Below are positions 1-7,469 of a stretch of 64,000 nucleotides of DNA, in pieces; the first letter of the stretch is position 1; each line of letters opens with the position of its first letter. This DNA is from an uncultured Methanolobus sp. GTDB taxonomy: Archaea > Halobacteriota > Methanosarcinia > Methanosarcinales > Methanosarcinaceae. The DNA is taken from assembly GCA_963675495.1 (NCBI GenBank), contig OY776215.1:1728001-1792000 (forward strand), written 5' to 3'. Below the pieces are notes generated by a model. The model searched no databases, was not told the origin of the DNA, and saw only the letters and a list, made by a program, of their open reading frames with translations. The position numbers and the translations under genes were made by a program.

Positions 1-530
1 AATTCCATGAGTGCAAGACCAAATTCCTCCTTTGTCATAATAGCCATGAACCACTCGTCACCATTGATGTGCTGAGCGAGGGAGAAAGGACCGATCATGC
101 TGCCCATAATAGGAAGTTCGCCTCCATACTTGTCTGCAAGGATCTTGATAGCATCACATACGACGTTGATCCTGCCGTTGTCAAGGGTGTAGCCTTTGAG
201 CTTCTCGATGTCTTCCATGCTACTTACAACGTGACCAATCACGGATGGCTGCTGTTCCTGTGTACCATCTTTGATCTCACAGCCAAAGAACTCAGCTTCT
301 GCGGTGATATCGAAAGGTACGCGTACAGCTTCAAATCCGACTACAGTGTGACCTGCTTCGGCAAGTGTTGCCATCTTTTGCGCATCATAGTTTGCTTCAG
401 GCCAGAAAGCGCCACAAGCTTCCATCTGATCTACTGTTCCGGTCTGAGTTACGGATACTGCAGGCATCCTGTCAACCGGCTGACCGATTAATGCACGTGC
501 TAATCTTTCTTTTGGGGTATATTCTGTCAT
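1..530 (-). CDS. mtbA: Methylcobamide:CoM methyltransferase MtbA (5' part; runs off the window edge)
   Basis: Not in the ORF track. Manual translation from ATG at 530 gives [46 protein letters not shown]...[16 protein letters not shown], closely resembling Methanosarcina MtbA; methylamine gene context. Confidence 0.9.
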   Translation of the reverse strand, partial: MTEYTPKERLARALIGQPVDRMPAVSVTQTGTVDQMEACGAFWPEANYDAQKMATLAEAGHTVVGFEAVRVPFDITAEAEFFGCEIKDGTQEQQPSVIGHVVSSMEDIEKLKGYTLDNGRINVVCDAIKILADKYGGELPIMGSMIGPFSLAQHINGDEWFMAIMTKEEFGLALME

Positions 531-564
531 AAATTAAAACTCCTGAAAAAATAGAAACCCAGAA

Positions 565-1047
565 TTATAATTCTGAACCCCACCCACATTTTTTTCCAGG
601 TTTTGAAGTCGCAGAAGTTATTTCAATTCCCGTTGAACCTTCCCATAGACCATGTACATTACAACCTTCGATCGCCCTTAGGATTACAATTGCTGATCGT
701 ACACCACAGGTACCACATACACCAAATCCATGAATTCTGCAGTTCATTATCTCACGTGCAGAGATCATCTCCTCAGTTCCAACCACCGTAAAAATTGCCT
801 CAGCTTTTCCGTCTGTTGCTTTTAATTCCTTTTTCTCGACAAAATCACCATTTATATGTAATTCTATCCATTGGATGTAGTGGTCTTCTTCCATAACATG
901 AGGAAGACTACCGACCATGACTTTTACCTCAAATGGCTCACCTGTTATTACCTCTGCAGGAGCTTCAATGACTGGAATATGCTTTTTTTCCATGTCAGTA
1001 AGATTTTCATTATCTTTTGCTCGTTGAACATTGATATCCGATTTCAT
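565..1047 (-). CDS. Superoxide reductase/neelaredoxin-like (class II SORL) protein with a Cys-rich insertion
   Basis: EKKHIP, PHVMEEDHYIQW and CNVHGLW iron-ligand motifs; RBS AGGTGA precedes ATG at 1047. Confidence 0.8.
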   Translation of the reverse strand: MKSDINVQRAKDNENLTDMEKKHIPVIEAPAEVITGEPFEVKVMVGSLPHVMEEDHYIQWIELHINGDFVEKKELKATDGKAEAIFTVVGTEEMISAREIMNCRIHGFGVCGTCGVRSAIVILRAIEGCNVHGLWEGSTGIEITSATSKPGKKCGWGSEL

Positions 1048-1094
1048 AAATTTCACCTGATACTAATCTGTTTTACAAATAGGCTTCTCCGTTT

Positions 1095-1128
1095 AAAAAA
1101 AAGTAAATGCCAGTGCTCCCACTGACAT
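1095..1128 (-). terminator. Hairpin plus T-tract after the mtmP cluster
   Basis: atgccagtg/cactgacat inverted repeat (1107-1128) followed by a T run on the minus strand. Confidence 0.5.
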
Positions 1129-1134
1129 ATCCCT

Positions 1135-1380
1135 CTAAAACTTATAGTGGCTTACCGAGTGATACAGCATAACTGCGAAGAATAAAATTATCCCTCCCAG
1201 CAAGCTGAAATATCCTATCGGATCCCATAGGAATTGGATGGCACCTGTCTCAGTCCATCCAACAAGCACTGAACCCTGTATTTGTGTTGGTACCACAAGA
1301 CAGACGAAGGCAAGTATGAATATAAATACAATATCAAATGCCTCCCTTATCGCGCTTTGTTTCTGTGTGTTTTCATCCAT
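1135..1380 (-). CDS. Small 2-TM membrane protein (81 aa) in the mtmP cluster
   Basis: MDENTQKQSAIREAFDIVFIFILAFVCLVVP...; GAGGTG RBS before ATG 1380; two hydrophobic segments. Confidence 0.75.
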   Translation of the reverse strand: MDENTQKQSAIREAFDIVFIFILAFVCLVVPTQIQGSVLVGWTETGAIQFLWDPIGYFSLLGGIILFFAVMLYHSVSHYKF

Positions 1381-1390
1381 ATTGCCCACC

Positions 1391-1654
1391 TCAGTCGTAG
1401 TATTTGAAATCGAACATGTGTTGCTTAATTGAATGACGTACTTGCCAGTAACCCATTGTTTCAATTCCCACTACCAGTACAAAGAACACAATGTAAATTC
1501 CTCTGATTGCAGGAGAGACCGCTGAACCTGCTGCAGATAGTATAGTAAAGACTACATAACCCTGCACAGCTATCAACAGTGCTATTGCACCTACTATCAA
1601 ATATGTGTCCTTTGCGAATGCTGCATTATATTTTGTTTCGCTAACTCCATCCAT
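1391..1654 (-). CDS. Small 2-TM membrane protein (87 aa) in the mtmP cluster
   Basis: Two hydrophobic helices; starts 5 nt after the mtmP stop with a GGAGTG RBS. Confidence 0.75.
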   Translation of the reverse strand: MDGVSETKYNAAFAKDTYLIVGAIALLIAVQGYVVFTILSAAGSAVSPAIRGIYIVFFVLVVGIETMGYWQVRHSIKQHMFDFKYYD

Positions 1655-1659
1655 TCATA

Positions 1660-3051
1660 TCACTCCTTTTCAGCATGATGACTTGGGTTTGGCCAACCCA
1701 TTTCCTCGCCCCAATCCAAGGTTTTCTCGAACTTCTTGTGCCTGTTGTGGAAGTAGAAGTATGCTATCAGATAGAAAGCCAGAGCAAAGATAAGGTTGTA
1801 TCTGTATCCCCAGAATAGTGTGGACATGATAACGATAGCTATTGCCATTGCAAAATAAGATATCCATGGTTGTAGAGGACTCACGAAAGGACGTACCTTG
1901 TTAATATGTGTCGGGAACATCTTTCTGAAACGCAGCAGAGAAAATGGTATCAATACATAGCAAAGCAATCCGGATACAATGGAGAAGGTAATGACCTGGT
2001 CCAGATAACCACTGAATGCAAAGGCTATTGCGATAGGCATTGTGAAAATTACTGCTTTGTAAGGTGTCTGGTATTTTGGATGTACGGAAGAGAACCAATT
2101 TGACACAAAGTGATCCCTTGAAAGAGCAAACCATGATCTAGAGGAATCACAAACACATCCGTTCGCACTGGAAACACAGGTAAGCAAAGTTCCAAGCGCC
2201 AACAGAGCTATCAGTGCATAAACACCAGTTGACTGTGCAGCCTCAAACAGTGGATAAACCGAAACTCCAAGACCTTCTGCAGGTATGCCGGAAGGAAGCA
2301 GACTTGCACATATGAAGAGCGTCATCGCAGCTCCGACAAGTAGTGTGATCATTCCTGCCTGTTGTCCAAGAGGTACTGCTCTTGAAGGATGTTTACATTC
2401 TTCTGCACACATTGCTGCTCCTTCTATACCCAGGAAGAACCATGGACCGAACTGCAAAGCTGCAAACAGACCTATAAGGCCATTTGGCATAGCTCCCTGG
2501 AAAAGATATTCCGGATGAAGCTCAAATACACCGAATGTTCCTGAGAAGAAGAATACTATGATAGCAAAGAAAGCTATAGCTGTCATGAAGAAGTTAAGAG
2601 TTAGTGCAGCTACCACACCTCTGTAATTGATGAACGTAAGTGTCGCTATTACCAATAATGTCACAGGGAATACCTGCAATTCTGGGAATACCTCCTGCGC
2701 TATAAATGCAACGACAATAGCATCCGCGGCTTCCAGTGCTATATATTCCATGTATACAGCAAGGCCTACACTCGCTGCTGCACCGGGTCCGATGAACAAT
2801 CGTGCCCAATCATAGGGACCTCCTGCCAATTTCGTAGCGGATCCCAGTTCACTTGCACACAAAGCGATTATCACGTACATTGTTCCTGCAACAAGCATTG
2901 CAAGCAATGAACCCAGGATACCTCCCTTCGCCACAGTGAAATTCCACCCCATAAATTCACCTACAAGAACTATCCCCACTCCCAAAGCCCATACGTGATA
3001 AGGTTTTAGAGTCTTGACAAGTCCAGGTGATTCTGTTACTTCGTCGGTCAA
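1660..3051 (-). CDS. mtmP: APC-family permease, monomethylamine permease
   Basis: Polytopic APC-type protein (GIVLVGEFMGWN, FLGIEG) downstream of mtmCB, as in Methanosarcina mtmCBP. Confidence 0.8.
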   Translation of the reverse strand: MTDEVTESPGLVKTLKPYHVWALGVGIVLVGEFMGWNFTVAKGGILGSLLAMLVAGTMYVIIALCASELGSATKLAGGPYDWARLFIGPGAAASVGLAVYMEYIALEAADAIVVAFIAQEVFPELQVFPVTLLVIATLTFINYRGVVAALTLNFFMTAIAFFAIIVFFFSGTFGVFELHPEYLFQGAMPNGLIGLFAALQFGPWFFLGIEGAAMCAEECKHPSRAVPLGQQAGMITLLVGAAMTLFICASLLPSGIPAEGLGVSVYPLFEAAQSTGVYALIALLALGTLLTCVSSANGCVCDSSRSWFALSRDHFVSNWFSSVHPKYQTPYKAVIFTMPIAIAFAFSGYLDQVITFSIVSGLLCYVLIPFSLLRFRKMFPTHINKVRPFVSPLQPWISYFAMAIAIVIMSTLFWGYRYNLIFALAFYLIAYFYFHNRHKKFEKTLDWGEEMGWPNPSHHAEKE

Positions 3052-3055
3052 ATCA

Positions 3056-3166
3056 TCACCTCTTTAATTTTTTGGATGTTTTGCTCGCATCAAGCAATAC
3101 CCATGCAATCAATGCGAAGGCTAGTAAGTATATTACTCCGTTAATGATCGTCCAATAAGTGTCCAT
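3056..3166 (-). CDS. Unannotated 36-aa single-TM protein upstream of mtmP
   Basis: MDTYWTIINGVIYLLAFALIAWVLLDASKTSKKLKR; AAGGAGG RBS; its stop overlaps the GAGGTGA RBS of mtmP. Confidence 0.75.
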   Translation of the reverse strand: MDTYWTIINGVIYLLAFALIAWVLLDASKTSKKLKR

Positions 3167-3219
3167 TGGAAAACCTCCTTTTTAGTGTATTCTACATGAT
3201 TATTCATTAATTACTTAGA

Positions 3220-3252
3220 TAAAAAAAATGCCAGCGATAACCTTCGCTGGCA
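3220..3252 (-). terminator. Hairpin plus T8 after mtmB
   Basis: tgccagcga/tcgctggca perfect 9-bp stem followed by T8 on the minus strand. Confidence 0.65.
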
Positions 3253-3268
3253 AAATATTACAGATAGC

Positions 3269-4645
3269 TTAGAATACAAGTCCAAGCTCTTCGAGCTTTT
3301 TACGTGCGCCATCGTAGACCTTCACATACTCATCGGTTGGTGTTACGGTAGCAACATCGTAACATTCCTGGAATGTCTTACCAGCTGGTGCATTTGCATA
3401 ATCGTTCTCGTAGAGCTTCACAAGGTTGTCAAGTATCTTGTTGACCTCTCCAATGTCCATACCGGCAGTTGCCCTTGCAGCTTCTCCCATCATCCTTGCT
3501 TCCATACCTGTGGTCTTGTCCTGGACAACACCCTTTGCAGATGCAACACCGGAGAGGATCTCACGGCCGGATGCTGTGTCAGTTATGGACTGTGCGGATG
3601 CTTCAAGCAGGCACATCTCGGTACATGGACCTGCACATGGATAGTACTGGTTACCTGAGAGCATGTCAGTGAATTCTGAGATTGTTGCACATGCCCATCC
3701 AGCGATCTGAAGGGTTTCACGGGTGTTTGTGGATCCCCAGCGGATGTGGACCGGACCATCAAGATGCCAGCTTGCATTGCTCATTACAAATGCATTGATG
3801 TGGGTTGCGACATCAACAATTGTGGTTTCTTCTATGCCACCGGCATATCCACCAAAGATAGGCATCTGTTCGTCCATGATGATGTCACTGTTAGCATTGT
3901 AGTGTGCAATAACACTGATAGCATCAAGGTCGATCTTAAGCTCATTGAGCTGTGATACTTCGTGACTGTCGCTGCAGGCCTGGCCACCGGCACAGTCTGA
4001 AGCGATATTTCCCTGAGCGGACAGGGAAGTCTCTGGTCCCTATATGCCCATGCCTGGCCTTCCGGCCATTGCACATGCTTGTTTGATCAGCCTTGTCTCG
4101 GTCTTGGCAGCCAGAATCTCATAAGGGCTCTTTGGAATTGTTGGCTTTCCACGAACAGACATAATGACACCGTCAACAATAGTGTCGACTTCTTTCTCAA
4201 GAGCGTAACTCATGTGGACAGGCATGAATACGTTTTCAGAAATTGGGGAACCTGTTGGACCACCCTGTATTATTGGTTTTCTTTTGTCACCAACACTTCT
4301 CTTCTGAACCCTTACAGCATCTCTGCCGGTTCCGAGTGTGAACTCTTTCTGGACATTGTTGATAGCGTCCCATATCTCGTCTTCAGTATATTTTACTACA
4401 CGGCTTGTATCGGTACAGAATATACCACAGTCAAGAAGCATTTCAAAACCTGCTTTGAACAGGTTTTCCATCATGTCCTTGTCGGTTGGAACGAATTCGT
4501 TCTTGAAATCAAGTTTATATTTTTGCTTGAGCTCCATTGCCTTCATAGGAATGGTCATAAGGTCCCAGTCGTCCTGGGTCATCTTTGTACCTTTCTTTGC
4601 ACGCTCGTAGAATTCATAACAATCTAATGATCTTGAAAATGTCAT
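3269..4645 (-). CDS. mtmB: Monomethylamine:corrinoid methyltransferase MtmB (458 aa, pyrrolysine at codon 202)
   Basis: The ORF-track pieces 4040..4645 and 3269..3877 are in one frame, joined through TAG at 4040-4042 (AGRPGMGI-O-GPETSLS); pyl genes are present in the window. Confidence 0.97.
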
Positions 4646-4658
4646 AATATATACCTCC

Positions 4659-5309
4659 TTATCCCATAAGTTCTAATGCTACACGAGCTGCATCTGCTGC
4701 ATTCTCTGCTGTTGCATCTGCGCCGATCTCTGCGATCCAGCCATCTGATACTGGTGCACCACCGAACATTATCTTTACAGAATCCCTGAGGTTTTCTTCT
4801 ACAAGAGCTTCAACGGTGTCTTTCTGACCCAGCATAGATGTGGTCATGAGCGCAGAACCTACAAGGAGTACTTTACTACCAGCAAGCTTTTTGATCTCAT
4901 CCATAATGTCATCATTTGGTACGTCCACACCAAGATCAACTATCTTGAAGCCATTTGCACCAAGCATTGTTGTTACAAGACGGTGACCAATATCATGAAT
5001 ATCGCCTTCCTGTACAAAAGTGATGGCTGTTCCTACACCTTCTCCAGACTTTGCATCTGCGAGTAAAGGAGTAAGGATTTCCATTGCAGCGTTCATTGCC
5101 TTTGCAGACATCATGATCTGCGGAAGATAGATCTCGGCTGCTTCAAATTTGTCCCCTATGATCTTCATGCCTACTGAAAGGCCGCCTTCTATTGCTTCAA
5201 CAGGACCGATACCTGCATCCAGAGCTTCCTGTGTAATTGCTGCACAACCATTTATATCCTGATTCACAATTGCATCTCTAAGTTTGTCTAACATTTCCTG
5301 ATTTCCCAT
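4659..5309 (-). CDS. mtmC: Monomethylamine corrinoid protein MtmC
   Basis: B12-binding GDIHDIGH motif; directly upstream of mtmB; AGGTGG RBS before ATG 5309. Confidence 0.95.
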   Translation of the reverse strand: MGNQEMLDKLRDAIVNQDINGCAAITQEALDAGIGPVEAIEGGLSVGMKIIGDKFEAAEIYLPQIMMSAKAMNAAMEILTPLLADAKSGEGVGTAITFVQEGDIHDIGHRLVTTMLGANGFKIVDLGVDVPNDDIMDEIKKLAGSKVLLVGSALMTTSMLGQKDTVEALVEENLRDSVKIMFGGAPVSDGWIAEIGADATAENAADAARVALELMG

Positions 5310-5580
5310 TAAATCCACCTTTTGTATTTTTCATATTTTTTTGAAGTTGTTCTTACAGAATTGCATCTACCAGTACAACTATTCTTGGAAACAACTTCCT
5401 TAAGAGAAGTTATCCAATTGATAACGACTGCACGTAAGAGAATTAACTGACAGAATATAGCATAATTCATCCCGATTTTTCAACATTTACAGTACATAGC
5501 TCATCAATTATTACTTTAAAAAAGGTATGAAGATTTCAGTTTCTGACTGGCTATTAAAGGGGAATCATAATTATCATAGT

Positions 5581-5630
5581 CCTTGTGAATTGGCACATGT
5601 CTTGTGAATTATAAGTATCCATGTGACTTT
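5581..5630. promoter_or_regulatory. Three TGTGA-core direct repeats with 19-bp period between mtmC and the divergent regulators
   Basis: TGTGA at 5584, 5603 and 5622 (cttgtgaatt twice, atgtgacttt once). Confidence 0.55.
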
Positions 5631-5788
5631 ACCTATAAATTAAATTAATATAAGGTTAGATTAAAACGTCATTCGGGGAAGGTAAAAAGGTATTTGTGCT
5701 ACTTAACAAGGATTTTGACCAATGGATTTAAGGAAACTCACAATCAAAAGTCCCTGAAAATAGGACTATTGCAGCAGAAACGGGGAAG

Positions 5789-6595
5789 ATGATGGGTATG
5801 AAAACGTCACTAATAAATACTGTTTGGTTTTCTGAAAAAAGAAAGAATGTATTGTTACTATTATATGAAGGGGAAAGGGACATCGAACAAATAAAAAAAT
5901 CACTTAATGTAACAACCAGATCCATAATGCCCCAGATAAAAACACTAAAGAATAACGACCTTATAAAGCAGGAACAAGACCAATTCGGTTTGACCACTAT
6001 AGGAAAAACAATTGTGAAGAGTATGCTACCATTTCTCTGTACATCAAGAATTATTGAAGAGAACAAAGATTTCTGGGCCAGCAGGAACTTTGATGCGATA
6101 CCTCCTCATCTTTTCAGTAGAATAAAGGACCTTGGGCATTATTTCCTCATAGAACCTGATATCAACCACATGTTTGAGCTTCCCAGGGAATTTGTTGATA
6201 ACATTCCTAAATCAAAATCTATTGTGACTTTTGTTTCATATCTTCATCCAACATTCCTCTCTCTTTATTTGAAAGCAGCCCGATCAGGAGCGAATATATC
6301 ACTTTTTGTTTCAGAGAAAGCTTTGGAAAAAATGAAAAAAGAATACTTTGAACAATTCAATGAATTGATGAAAATAACAAACACAAATGTTTTCCTTTGC
6401 AAAGAGAACCCGAAAATACCAATGGTGACAGTGACTGATTGGTTTTGTTATATTTGCCTTTTCAATGAAGAGGGGAGATATGACCACAGGGATATAATCA
6501 GTTTTGACGAGAGTTCCTTAAAGTGGTGTAATAAATTATTTGACTATTACAAGACAAATTCACAAAAGCTCTGTCAAATAACAGAGGTTGAATAA
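5789..6595 (+). CDS. Winged-HTH (ArsR-like)/DUF1724 transcriptional regulator, Msr-like
   Basis: N-terminal FSEKRKNVLLLL wHTH signature and C-terminal YDHRDII..LKWC..LFDYY; divergent from mtmCB. Confidence 0.85.
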   Translation: MMGMKTSLINTVWFSEKRKNVLLLLYEGERDIEQIKKSLNVTTRSIMPQIKTLKNNDLIKQEQDQFGLTTIGKTIVKSMLPFLCTSRIIEENKDFWASRNFDAIPPHLFSRIKDLGHYFLIEPDINHMFELPREFVDNIPKSKSIVTFVSYLHPTFLSLYLKAARSGANISLFVSEKALEKMKKEYFEQFNELMKITNTNVFLCKENPKIPMVTVTDWFCYICLFNEEGRYDHRDIISFDESSLKWCNKLFDYYKTNSQKLCQITEVE

Positions 6596-6626
6596 GAGAC
6601 ATGTTATTTGGGGAGGGGGTCAGATA

Positions 6627-7418
6627 ATGGATTCATCACTAAATGAAATCGTTTGGTTTTCTGAAAAAAGAAGAAAAGTATTGTTACTATTACTAAGCGG
6701 ACCAAAGAGTCCCGAGGAAATGAAGAAGGAGTTTGGCGTTGATTGGCGTGCTTTAATACTTCCACTAAAGGAGTTAAAAGAAGAAGGACTGGTCCGTAAC
6801 CCTGAAGGATCTTATGAACTATCAAACATTGGGAAACTTATCGTAGAAAACGTAAAACCAATAGAAGGTATTTTGAATCTCTTTGGGAAAGATACAGATT
6901 ACTGGGTTAAAAGAGACTTGGATGCCATCCCGGAATATCTGCTGCAAAGGATCGGAGAAATAGAGGATTCCATAATTGCCGAGCCAGAATTGAATGATAT
7001 GTTCGAACCACCCAGGGAATTTACTGAACATCTTATGAGTTCAAAATATGTACATTCTGTTTTTTCGATATATCATCCACTGTATCCGTCACTTTACAGT
7101 AAACTTGCAGAAAAGGGAACTGAACTATCAATTATTCTAACTGAGGCTGTACTTGAAAGAATGCAGGAAGATAGACAAAAAGAACTGAAAAAAATACAAC
7201 ATTTCGAAAATATAAACCTGTTCTTATACAAAAAAGAAGTGTGTCCTCCACCAATTGTAGTTACGGATAATTTATTCTCTGCCAGTTTTTTCAATGATCA
7301 AGGAATGTATGATCATCGAGATATAGTGAGTTTTTCCCAAAGTTCACTAAAATGGGGAGAAGAACTGTTCAAATATTACCAAGAAATGGCAAATTCGATG
7401 GCAAAATCTGAAGACTGA
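6627..7418 (+). CDS. Winged-HTH/DUF1724 transcriptional regulator (tandem paralog)
   Basis: Same motifs as the upstream gene; GGGAGGGG RBS before ATG 6627. Confidence 0.85.
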   Translation: MDSSLNEIVWFSEKRRKVLLLLLSGPKSPEEMKKEFGVDWRALILPLKELKEEGLVRNPEGSYELSNIGKLIVENVKPIEGILNLFGKDTDYWVKRDLDAIPEYLLQRIGEIEDSIIAEPELNDMFEPPREFTEHLMSSKYVHSVFSIYHPLYPSLYSKLAEKGTELSIILTEAVLERMQEDRQKELKKIQHFENINLFLYKKEVCPPPIVVTDNLFSASFFNDQGMYDHRDIVSFSQSSLKWGEELFKYYQEMANSMAKSED

Positions 7419-7469
7419 GATAATTTTGCAACAATGTGAAATGGATACTGATGAGAAGGAAGTGTATGA

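Noticed and set aside
69-491. 140-aa plus-strand ORF
   Set aside because: Antisense shadow of mtbA, which is the real gene on the minus strand.
3269-3877. Separate 202-aa gene, or mtmB as a pseudogene
   Set aside because: It is the C-terminal part of MtmB, reached by Pyl readthrough.
5387-5399. GGAA-N5-TTCC as an NrpR operator
   Set aside because: The spacer is 5 rather than 6 nt, and the site is explained by the leader hairpin.
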